Below, one piece after another: positions 37,399-45,429 of a stretch of DNA of 64,000 nucleotides (position 1 is the first letter of the stretch; every line of letters starts with the position of its first letter). This DNA comes from Salinivirgaceae bacterium (GTDB lineage Bacteria > Bacteroidota > Bacteroidia > Bacteroidales > SZUA-534). Position numbers and translations under genes: made by a program. The notes under the pieces were generated by a model that saw only the letters and a list, made by a program, of their open reading frames with translations, was not told the DNA's origin and searched no databases. The DNA is taken from assembly GCA_017527435.1 (NCBI GenBank), contig JAFXQB010000005.1, positions 165,322 to 229,321 of the forward strand, given 5' to 3'.

Positions 37399-38811
37399 AT
37401 GAAACGTAAAATCACCATTGGCGACATTACAATGAAACAGGCCGCCGACAAGGCCGACTACGCCTTCTCGTTCCGCGAGAAGATTGAATTGGCCAAAATG
37501 CTTGACAAAACAGGCCTTTCGGTCATTGAACTTGCACCTATAACCGACGGCAAAACCGACTCGCTGCTAATCAAATCGCTCGCTTCGGCGGTGAAGAACA
37601 GCGCTGTGGCCGTGCCGCTCAACATTAGCGAGGCCGACACCGTTGAAACCACTTGGAACGCCCTGAAGGGCGCCGCTCACCCGCGATTGCAGATTTCGGT
37701 TCCTGTGAGCACCGTGCAGATGGAATATTTCTGCCATAAGAAACCCGCCGCCATTGTCGAGATGATTGCCAGCCTGACAAAGCAAAGCCGTGCGCTCTGC
37801 CCCGATGTTGAGTTTGTGGCCGAAGATTTTGGCCGCAGTGACATCAGTTTCCTGTGGCAGGCCATTGAAGCCGCCACGCAGAACGGCGCAACCACCGTCA
37901 CGGTGTGCGACGCCGCAGGCAACCTGCTGCCCGAAGAGTTTTTCGACCTTGTGAAACAGGTGAAAGTGCACCTGCCCGCTGGTGTTCGGTTGGGCGTTCG
38001 CTGCTCAAACGAGTTCTATTTGGCCGACTCGTGCGCCATTGCCGCCGTGCGTGCGGGTGCCGACGAGATTAAGACCGCGCCCTTCGGCAACTTCACCGTT
38101 TCGCTCGAAAGGTTTGTCAAGATACTGAACGTGAAAGCCGATGTGTGCGACGCCTGCTGCGACGTGCGTGCCACCGAACTGCACCGCGCCGTTGAGCAAA
38201 TCAAGCGCCTGTGCCAGACCAACCGTTCGAAACCCACTTCGTTCTCGAACATTGCCCCAACCGAGCGCCCCGACATTCAACTCACCGTGCGCGACTCGAA
38301 AGAGACCGTGCTCAAGGCCGTGCAGAGTCTGAACTTCGACCTGACCGACGAAGATGCCGACAATGTTTACAACGAATTCCTGAAAGCCGCCGCCACTCAC
38401 GAGACCGTTGGCGCGAAGGAACTCGACGCCATTATCGCCACAGCGGCGTTCCAGGTGCCACCAACCTATAAATTAGAGAATTACGTTATCAATTCGGGCA
38501 ACATTATCTCGGCCACCTGCCACATTCTCTTGAAGAAGGGCGACGATGTGCTCGAGAGCGTCTGCATTGGCGACGGCCCGATTGACGCCGCCTTCCAGGC
38601 CATTGAGAAAGTCATCGGCAAGCACTACGAACTCGACGACTTCCAGATTCAGGCCGTGACCGAAGGCCGCGAGGCAATGGGCGAAACCGTTGTCCGCCTG
38701 CGCTCTGAAGGCAAAATCTACTCGGGCCGCGGAATCTCAACCGACATTGTCGGCTCAAGCATTGCCGCCTACCTGAACGCCGTCAACAAGATAGCATTCG
38801 AAGAGGCATAA
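37399..38811 (+). CDS. Isopropylmalate/citramalate-synthase homologue lacking catalytic residues, with an intact LeuA regulatory (dimerisation) domain
   Basis: 470 aa. It is colinear with LeuA, but DTTLRDGEQ is replaced by DITMKQAAD and HCHNDLG by RCSNEFY. VEFVAEDFGRSD and VTVCDAAGNLLPEEF are retained. The C-terminal domain GDGPIDAAFQAIEKV...GREAMGETVVRLRSEGKIYSGRGISTDIVGSSIAAYLNAVNK matches LeuA_dimer. Confidence 0.75.
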   Translation: MKRKITIGDITMKQAADKADYAFSFREKIELAKMLDKTGLSVIELAPITDGKTDSLLIKSLASAVKNSAVAVPLNISEADTVETTWNALKGAAHPRLQISVPVSTVQMEYFCHKKPAAIVEMIASLTKQSRALCPDVEFVAEDFGRSDISFLWQAIEAATQNGATTVTVCDAAGNLLPEEFFDLVKQVKVHLPAGVRLGVRCSNEFYLADSCAIAAVRAGADEIKTAPFGNFTVSLERFVKILNVKADVCDACCDVRATELHRAVEQIKRLCQTNRSKPTSFSNIAPTERPDIQLTVRDSKETVLKAVQSLNFDLTDEDADNVYNEFLKAAATHETVGAKELDAIIATAAFQVPPTYKLENYVINSGNIISATCHILLKKGDDVLESVCIGDGPIDAAFQAIEKVIGKHYELDDFQIQAVTEGREAMGETVVRLRSEGKIYSGRGISTDIVGSSIAAYLNAVNKIAFEEA

Positions 38812-38849
38812 ATCGAAAATTATCAGCATTTTACAGAAAATCACTTAAA

Positions 38850-41336
38850 ATGAAACTTTCATTTTCAACACGCGGATGGGCCGATATGTCGTGGACCGAA
38901 ATCCTTGACAACGCAAGCCTGATGCGCTTTTCGGGTATCGAGATATACAACGTTTTCAAAACGCCTGAATTTGTGGCCAAGGGCGGGCCGTTCCACAAGT
39001 ACTCGCTCACGGCTTCGCTGCGCGATTTGCGCGAGAAGAAACTCGCCATTCCCTGCTTCGACAGTTCGCTCGACCTTTCGGAAGACAGCGCCGAGATGAT
39101 TGACGAGATGACCGCCCTCATTGGCATTGCCGCCGATATGCGCAGCCCATACGTTTGCGCTTTCGCGAAGAAGGGCACCGTTGAGCAGGTGAAGCAGAAC
39201 CTGACCCGACTCATTCCTGTGGCCGAAGCCAAGGGTATCACCATTCTGATAAAGACCAGCGGAATATACGCCGACACGGCGCTGCTGCGCGATTTGCTCG
39301 ACTTTTTCGCCTGCGACCAGATTGCCGTCATTTGGGATGTGCACCACCCCTACCGCGACAAGGGCGAGACGCCTGCGCAGACAATCACCAACCTTGGCGC
39401 ATACGTTAAGCACGTGCACCTTCGCGACAGCGACGACGCCAACCGCTACAACATTATCGGCGAGGGCAACTTCCCCATTGCCGACGTGATGAAGGCCCTT
39501 TCGTCGGTCGATTACGACGGGTTTATCTCGCTTGAGTGGAAGCCCGAGTGGATGCTCGACTTCACCGACCGCGACGTCATTTTCCCGCACTTTGTCAACT
39601 ATATGAGCCAGTTCGAGAACACCCGCGGCAAGCGCAGCGAACTCTACCCGAACCACGACGGCTCAGGCTACTACATTTGGAAGAAGGACGAGCTGCTGAA
39701 TATGACCTTCTCGCAGGTTTTGGACCGCGTGGTTGAGGAATTCCCCGACCAGTACTGCTTCAAATACACCACTTTGGACTACACCCGCACCTACGCCGAG
39801 TTCCGCGACGATGTTGACAACTTCGCCCGCGCGCTTGTATCGCTCGGCGTGCGCCCAGGCTCGAAGGTGGCCGTTTGGTGCACCAACATACCTGCTTGGT
39901 ACATAACATTTTGGGCAACCGTAAAAATCGGCGCCGTGCTTGTGACGGTGAACACCGCCTACAAGATTCACGAGGCCGAATATCTGCTGCGGCAGTCTGA
40001 TACTCACACACTTGTGATGATTGAGAGCGCCTTGGACTCGAACTATCGCGCCATTATCAACGAACTCTGTCCCGAGATTGCCACCAACACGGCGGGCAAG
40101 CCGCTTCACTGCAAGCGTCTGCCGTTCCTGCGCAACGTTATCACCGTGGGCTTCCGCCAGAAAGGCTGCCTGACGCTGCAACAGGCGATGGACCGCCACG
40201 ACCTTGTGCCGTTGGAGGAAATCCAGCGAATGGCCGCCGCCGTCAAACCCGACGACGTGTGCAATATGCAGTACACCAGCGGCACCACGGGCTTCCCCAA
40301 GGGCGTGATGCTGACGCACTACAACGTGGTGAACAACGGCAAGTGCATTGGCGACCGTATGGGCCTTTCAACCGCCGACCGAATGATGATTCAGGTGCCG
40401 ATGTTCCACTGCTTCGGAATGGTTCTGTCGATGACTTCGTCGATGACGCACGGTACCACAATGTGCCCGATGCCCTACTTCTCGGCCAAATCGTCGTTGG
40501 CGTGCATAAACCAGGAACACATAACCTGCTTCAACGGCGTGCCCACAATGTTCATTGCAATGTTCAACCACCCCGACTACCGCAGCACCGACTTCTCATA
40601 TATGCGCACAGGCATTATGGCAGGCTCAGGCTGTCCACCCGAACTGATGCGCCGTGCCGCCGAGCCGTCGGAGATGAATATGCGCGGCATTGTGAGCGTT
40701 TACGGACAGACCGAATCGGCGCCAGGCAGCACAATGTCGGCTTGGACCGACTCAATCGACGTGCGCACCGAGACCGTGGGCTACGCCTTCCCGCACGTGC
40801 GCTGCAAGGTGGTTGACCCCGAAACGGGCCTTGAGGTTCCGCCCAACACCAACGGCGAGTTCTGCGCCAAAGGCTACAACGTGATGAAAGGCTACTACAA
40901 GATGCCCGAAGCCACCGCGCAGACCATTGACGCCGACGGTTGGCTTCACAGCGGCGACCTTGCCTGCGTTGACGAGAACGGAAACTACAAAATCACAGGC
41001 CGCCTGAAAGATATGATTATCCGCGGCGGCGAGAATATCTATCCAAAAGAGATTGAGGAGTTTATCTACACCCACCCCAAGGTGAAGGACGTTCAGGTTA
41101 TCGGCGTTCCCGACGAGAAATACGGCGAGGAGGCAATGGCCTGCATTATTCTGAAGGAGGGCGAGGAGATAAGCGAACCCGAAATGCGCGAATTCATTAT
41201 GGGCCGCCTTGCCCGCCACAAGGTTCCGCGCTATATCGATTTCGTCAAATCGTTCCCGATGAACGCCGCAGGCAAAATCCTGAAATACAAGATGCGCGAG
41301 GAGGCCGTGGAGAAATTGGGGCTGAAGAAGAAATAA
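38850..41336 (+). CDS. Fusion protein: xylose-isomerase-like TIM barrel (AP endonuclease 2 fold) plus AMP-dependent acyl-CoA synthetase/ligase
   Basis: 828 aa, 38 nt after the previous gene. The N-terminal about 265 aa resemble sugar-phosphate isomerase/epimerase TIM barrels (..GIEIY.., HVHLRD, ISLEWKPEW). The C-terminal about 550 aa carry adenylate-forming motifs YTSGTTGFPKG, VYGQTESAP, WLHSGDLA, GRLKDMIIRGGENIYPKEIE and PMNAAGKILK. Confidence 0.85.
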   Translation: MKLSFSTRGWADMSWTEILDNASLMRFSGIEIYNVFKTPEFVAKGGPFHKYSLTASLRDLREKKLAIPCFDSSLDLSEDSAEMIDEMTALIGIAADMRSPYVCAFAKKGTVEQVKQNLTRLIPVAEAKGITILIKTSGIYADTALLRDLLDFFACDQIAVIWDVHHPYRDKGETPAQTITNLGAYVKHVHLRDSDDANRYNIIGEGNFPIADVMKALSSVDYDGFISLEWKPEWMLDFTDRDVIFPHFVNYMSQFENTRGKRSELYPNHDGSGYYIWKKDELLNMTFSQVLDRVVEEFPDQYCFKYTTLDYTRTYAEFRDDVDNFARALVSLGVRPGSKVAVWCTNIPAWYITFWATVKIGAVLVTVNTAYKIHEAEYLLRQSDTHTLVMIESALDSNYRAIINELCPEIATNTAGKPLHCKRLPFLRNVITVGFRQKGCLTLQQAMDRHDLVPLEEIQRMAAAVKPDDVCNMQYTSGTTGFPKGVMLTHYNVVNNGKCIGDRMGLSTADRMMIQVPMFHCFGMVLSMTSSMTHGTTMCPMPYFSAKSSLACINQEHITCFNGVPTMFIAMFNHPDYRSTDFSYMRTGIMAGSGCPPELMRRAAEPSEMNMRGIVSVYGQTESAPGSTMSAWTDSIDVRTETVGYAFPHVRCKVVDPETGLEVPPNTNGEFCAKGYNVMKGYYKMPEATAQTIDADGWLHSGDLACVDENGNYKITGRLKDMIIRGGENIYPKEIEEFIYTHPKVKDVQVIGVPDEKYGEEAMACIILKEGEEISEPEMREFIMGRLARHKVPRYIDFVKSFPMNAAGKILKYKMREEAVEKLGLKKK

Positions 41337-41384
41337 AAATCACAGAGAGCGCAGAGGAAACGAGAGAACACAGAGTTTAAATAG

Positions 41385-41417
41385 CAAGGCTGCCTGATTG
41401 GGCGGCCTTGTTTTATT
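41385..41417 (+). terminator. Rho-independent terminator of the 37399..41336 operon
   Basis: caaggctgcc-tgattg-ggcggccttg forms the stem, followed by TTTTATT. Confidence 0.7.
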
Positions 41418-41432
41418 ATCGACAGGCAACCC

Positions 41433-41650
41433 CGCAACCATTCCCGCCTCCACCGCGTCATATAACTGCAAAAAGTTTTAACTTTGGCTTATGGTGTTTA
41501 GTAAAAACAGATGACAATCCATTGAATAAATGAGAGGAAAGTTTGTTTTATAATCTTGAAAAAAATGACGAAAGAAAAAATACAATTCGTAAGGGTAGTA
41601 CTAAGGATATAATGGATTATGAAAAACTGTACACTAATCATAGGGAATTA
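41433..41650 (+). repeat. Conserved promoter plus 5' leader block, copy B (homologous to 27708..27925)
   Basis: cgcaaccattcccgcctccaccgcgtcatataactgcaaaaagttttaactttggcttatggtgtttagtaaaaac matches copy A. Patchy similarity continues to taatcatagggaatta. Confidence 0.75.
41479..41486 (+). promoter_or_regulatory. Bacteroides-type -7 box TAACTTTG
   Basis: It is an exact TAnnTTTG match at the same position in the conserved block as 27759-27766. It sits in the palindrome AAAGTT-tt-AACTTT. Confidence 0.5.
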
Positions 41651-41709
41651 TTTTATAAATATCAAATAAACCATATTTATAAAACTCACAAAACTTATAA
41701 TGCAAGCAA

Positions 41710-42831
41710 ATGAAAAAGTTTATAATTCTGTTGCTATTGTTTATTTGTATAAACGGCAATTGTCAAAGCATAGACGAGATTTTGACAAAATTTGAACAAA
41801 TACAAAGTTATGCACGGCATCGCCTACTTAATTATCGCAGCTACCGCTACAGGCCTTTGCAAGATTTTAGTAGCGAATTGCCATTTAGTTTTGGATTAAC
41901 ACATTTAGACAATCCCACTTATAATGGGTTTGATTTATCGACACGAGGTGTTTTTTCCGATTCCTCTATGCAGATGCGCATACTTCAATTATTGAATAAT
42001 GAATTCTACGATGGTGAGGTTGACGACTTGTGGAAAAAAGATATGCAAAAAAACAATTATGCAAATTTGACTGATAGTTTGTTGCGCATAAAAAGGATAG
42101 AAAGAGAAACTTGTTATAAAAAGTATATTGATGAAAATGAATTGGTTGATTTGTTGGAAATTTGCACATACATAAATAACAAGCAAATAATCAAAAGAAT
42201 TGAAGAAATTTACAAAGACACCACATACCGCAAAAATTGGGCAGATGCTTACGCTTGTCTTGTTGCCAACCATATAGAGCCATATACTTCAGAATGTCTC
42301 AAAAAATATAGGTATAAGAAAGAACAATCATATGAAGAACAAGTATTGGCATGCAATTATTTATGGCTGATTCAAACTCAACAATCATTTAGGTACTTAT
42401 CTGAATATTTATTTTCAGATAAGTACTACACAAACATTATATGCGAAGATAATACGTATGAATGCGAGTCATTGGATGACATTATTGTTGAGATAGATTG
42501 TGAATCGGGAGTTGCAGATACGATTATTAAATGTGAAAATAATACGAATAAAGGCGATACATTGAAATACGATATTGATGTAGATTATATTGATTTAGAA
42601 GATGAAGATACAAATCCAATAATAGCGGAATGGGAATATAAAACATATTTGTATTGGGGAGTTTTCTCTATTATCCAAAAGAGCATTTTAAATCTAGACT
42701 TGTATGACATGCTGGGCATAACAAATGACATATTTGTATCTCAAGAATTCTTGACAGAAGAAACTCGTAAAAAGATTTATAATTGGATGCAGGAAAATTA
42801 TGGTAAGTATAAAATCAAGAATCGTTGGTAA
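41710..42831 (+). CDS. Hypothetical secreted protein (AT-rich, Cys/Asp/Glu/Tyr-rich)
   Basis: 373 aa with a signal peptide (MKKFIILLLLFICINGNCQS). AT content is very high. No family recognised. Its ATG overlaps the stop of a 33-codon upstream ORF (ATGA). Confidence 0.6.
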   Translation: MKKFIILLLLFICINGNCQSIDEILTKFEQIQSYARHRLLNYRSYRYRPLQDFSSELPFSFGLTHLDNPTYNGFDLSTRGVFSDSSMQMRILQLLNNEFYDGEVDDLWKKDMQKNNYANLTDSLLRIKRIERETCYKKYIDENELVDLLEICTYINNKQIIKRIEEIYKDTTYRKNWADAYACLVANHIEPYTSECLKKYRYKKEQSYEEQVLACNYLWLIQTQQSFRYLSEYLFSDKYYTNIICEDNTYECESLDDIIVEIDCESGVADTIIKCENNTNKGDTLKYDIDVDYIDLEDEDTNPIIAEWEYKTYLYWGVFSIIQKSILNLDLYDMLGITNDIFVSQEFLTEETRKKIYNWMQENYGKYKIKNRW

Positions 42832-42899
42832 TAAAAGAAATTTGTGTCGCATATTTCGCAAAATACTATCAATATGAAGAAAACAAAACCAACTAAACC

Positions 42900-42989
42900 A
42901 TGCCAAACCTTAGAAAACTACTAATGGTGCTGCTGTGTGCTGTCTGCGGTACGGCAGCGGGGCAAACCTACACCACAAAAACGCAATGA
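42900..42989 (+). pseudogene. Possible remnant of a secreted-protein gene (signal peptide only)
   Basis: The GC-normal 29-codon ORF MPNLRKLLMVLLCAVCGTAAGQTYTTKTQ* looks like a signal peptide followed immediately by a stop and repeat-derived sequence. Speculative. Confidence 0.3.
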
Positions 42990-43043
42990 AAAAATACCGC
43001 AAGGCTTGCCGGGAATGCCGGGGTTGTATGGGGTGCCCTTAAC

Positions 43044-43198
43044 GTAGAGACGCGGCGCGCCACGTTTGTGCAGGTGGCGGGCGTTAGTGAAGCATAGAAA
43101 AATCTGCGCAAATCTGTTCAATCTGCGTCGTCTGCGTTCAAAAAATCTGCGTACCCCGATAGTTTATCGGGACTGTGTCGTCAGTGCGAGAATAAACA
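43044..43198 (+). repeat. Composite REP-derived tail, copy B
   Basis: GTAGAGACGcggcgcgccaCGTTTGTGC is a REP with a decayed right arm. It is followed by gaaaaatctgcgcaaatctgttcaatctgcgtcgtctgcgttcaaaaaatctgcgta, then CCCGATAgttTATCGGG (43154-43170), then gtgcgagaataaacac. The same modules occur at 28441-28636 in a different order. Confidence 0.75.
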
Positions 43199-43206
43199 CA
43201 ATTTTT

Positions 43207-43214
43207 TAAATTTG
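43207..43214 (+). promoter_or_regulatory. Candidate -7 box TAAATTTG
   Basis: It is an exact TAnnTTTG match 16 nt upstream of ATG 43230. Confidence 0.45.
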
Positions 43215-43229
43215 ACACATTAAAACTTG

Positions 43230-43865
43230 ATGGATATGAAATCAATAGTTGCCGTTATCGCGTCGCTGACATTGCTGTTTACGGGGATTTATATCGCTCT
43301 TATGCTTAGAATCAATTCCACACCAGGAGCATTCAACTATCCAGCCAGTAATATCTCGGAACCCAACAGACAAGCGATAGAAAAAACACTGAAAGTATTT
43401 CAAGAAGGTTACACGTTGCGCGATGTGTCGAAAATCGACGAGTGCATAGCCCAAACCATCGACACCGCTTCGATTTTTATTTTGGGCACCAATCCCAACG
43501 AAATATTCGAGGGGAAAGACGGGGCGCAGGCGCTGCTATATGGCGATTGGACATATTGGGGCAGTGTGAAATATGACATCGACCGCCTTTATGCCAACCA
43601 AATCGCCGACAGCATTGCTTATGTGGTTTTCCCAGGAAATATCACACTTGATGTTGGAAAAATGAACTTCCCACTGCAAGTTACAGGCTTGATGGCGCAA
43701 GATGAGGACGGCCAGTGGAAATTCTCGAAAATGCAGTTCATATATGGTTGGAACACCAATTATATCATCTTCGCCCGCATTGCGGCTTACGGAACCCTGA
43801 TTCTACTGGCAGCGCTGCTGGCGTTTATCTGCATCATAAGGTGCGTATTGAGCCGAAAGAAATAA
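43230..43865 (+). CDS. Hypothetical membrane protein with a possible NTF2/SnoaL-like (DUF4440-like) central domain
   Basis: About 211 aa, with the start at ATG 43230 or 43236. It has N- and C-terminal TM helices. The central region (IEKTLKVFQEGYTLRDVSKIDECIAQ...QWKFSKMQFIYG) resembles NTF2-fold proteins from memory only. Confidence 0.5.
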   Translation: MDMKSIVAVIASLTLLFTGIYIALMLRINSTPGAFNYPASNISEPNRQAIEKTLKVFQEGYTLRDVSKIDECIAQTIDTASIFILGTNPNEIFEGKDGAQALLYGDWTYWGSVKYDIDRLYANQIADSIAYVVFPGNITLDVGKMNFPLQVTGLMAQDEDGQWKFSKMQFIYGWNTNYIIFARIAAYGTLILLAALLAFICIIRCVLSRKK

Positions 43866-44200
43866 GGAATACATTCCGTTCTGATTCTGTGTCGTCTGTG
43901 TGATATAAAATCTACGTTATCTGCGTTCAAAAAATCCATGCAAGAACAAACGCAAAATGCTGTGTAGCTGCTAGTTTGGTAGCGTTTTTTATGCAGTTTC
44001 GAAAAAAAATTTAATACCCACGCAACCTTTTCACAAACACCAGCGTCTTGGAAACGTGAAAAGTAATTCCGATGACTGCAAACATCGATTTAATTTGCAG
44101 ATTGAAATTAATATCTATATTTGTTGATATGAAAACTTGTTTTAGCAACAGTGAAAAAATCATGCATGACAGGCATAACCTGCTGAATGCCAGCATTTTA

Positions 44201-44225
44201 CCCCCCCCCCCCCCACCCCACCCCA
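44201..44225. repeat. Homopolymeric tract C14-A-C4-A-C4-A (G-quadruplex-capable on the minus strand)
   Basis: Direct count: 44201-44214 are all C, then a cccc a cccc a. It lies 121 nt upstream of ATG 44346. Confidence 0.95.
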
Positions 44226-44345
44226 CGCTCAGATAATCTCACTTGCAATAAAAAAAATGAGCAGCCTTCACGGCCGAGCATTTTCAATGTCACTAGACTA
44301 ATTCCATTTTTTAATAATTATTGTTTAACTCTTAAATCATTTTTT

Positions 44346-45395
44346 ATGAAAAAATTATGTGTTTTTGGAATGCTGTTACTGTCCACAGCAGCTATGGCTC
44401 AGTATGGAACCAATGGCGAATCGGGCAGATACCACGTTGTTAAATTCCCAAAGTACTATGTGGAGCAAGACCAACGGACATTTGCTGTTAATGTTGACAT
44501 TGCGACAAAGAAAGTCGCAGGCTATGTGGATGCCGAAGAATTGGCAGAAAAAGTGCGGTTCAAAGGTTGGTCAAAAACACCTGAAGACAAAGCTTATTTG
44601 AATATTAAAATCACGTTAGGCGAGTTTCTTTATCTTTCAACAGAAATACTTGATCAATCTGTTGATGAAAAGCAAAAAGACGGTAGCGTTAAACGCAAAC
44701 CTATTTATGTAGGTTCTTTTAAGTATTCTTTCCCCATCACTCTCTCTCTGACATCGCCTGTCAACAATGATAAGTATCGTCTTAACCAAGATGGGATGAT
44801 GGTTAAGACTCTGACTTATACCGATGACCACAAGTTTTCAACCCGTGCTGATGCTTCTGCGTTTATGAAAGAAAACAGAGATGTTCTTAGTGAAAAAGTT
44901 ATTAGACAACTTGCGAACGAAGCAGCCGCAAGTGCGGTAAATTCGGCCGTTATTGATTATGGTTTCGCAAGCACAACCGAAAAAGCATCTTATGTTTTCT
45001 TAGATTCAAAAAAGAATCCTCACTATGAATCTCAAAAGAACGCTAATACACAACTTAAAGAGATATTCAAGACAAGTTCTGCTGATGAACCAATTAGTTC
45101 TGATGCGTTAACTCCAATTATTGAAGAATACATTAGCATAATAAACGAATTGAATGATGCTGATAAAAAGCAACTGAAAGCTAAAATTGAGCTTATAACT
45201 TCTGTTGCAGAGTTCTATCTTATGCTGGATGATCTTGCATCATGCGAAACTTGGGCCAAACGCGCGTTTGACGAATATAAGGAGAAAGATGGTTCAAAAA
45301 TTTTGGAAAAAGCAGCCGCAGTGAAGGCTTTGTTTGACAAGCACCATGTTACTTCACGCCATTTTGTTCCGCAAGCTCCTGCTGTTGAAGAATAA
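44346..45395 (+). CDS. Hypothetical secreted protein
   Basis: 349 aa from ATG 44346 (MKKLCVFGMLLLSTAAMAQ signal peptide). The track start 44187 reads through the poly-C tract and is rejected. The C-terminal third is helical and Lys/Glu-rich. No family recognised. Confidence 0.6.
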   Translation: MKKLCVFGMLLLSTAAMAQYGTNGESGRYHVVKFPKYYVEQDQRTFAVNVDIATKKVAGYVDAEELAEKVRFKGWSKTPEDKAYLNIKITLGEFLYLSTEILDQSVDEKQKDGSVKRKPIYVGSFKYSFPITLSLTSPVNNDKYRLNQDGMMVKTLTYTDDHKFSTRADASAFMKENRDVLSEKVIRQLANEAAASAVNSAVIDYGFASTTEKASYVFLDSKKNPHYESQKNANTQLKEIFKTSSADEPISSDALTPIIEEYISIINELNDADKKQLKAKIELITSVAEFYLMLDDLASCETWAKRAFDEYKEKDGSKILEKAAAVKALFDKHHVTSRHFVPQAPAVEE

Positions 45396-45429
45396 TATTA
45401 CTTTTAATAACAATTAATAATTAACAAAA

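Noticed and set aside
41418-41433. Possible target-site duplication of the 41.4-46.3 kb island (gacaggcaacc versus gacaactggcagaacc at about 46305)
   Set aside because: The similarity is weak and gapped, and I cannot distinguish it from chance by eye.
42986-43039. Tiny Cys-rich ORF MKKYRKACRECRGCMGCP (a possible RiPP-like precursor)
   Set aside because: It lies in repeat-derived sequence running into the decayed REP. No radical-SAM, cyclase, protease or transporter genes are nearby. It is too short, and its composition is explained by the GC-rich palindromic DNA (gcaaggcttgc, ccgggaatgccgggg).
44011-44226. 71-aa minus-strand ORF beginning MGWGGGGGGK
   Set aside because: Its start is created by the poly-G tract, and the rest is AT-rich intergenic sequence with no coding signal.
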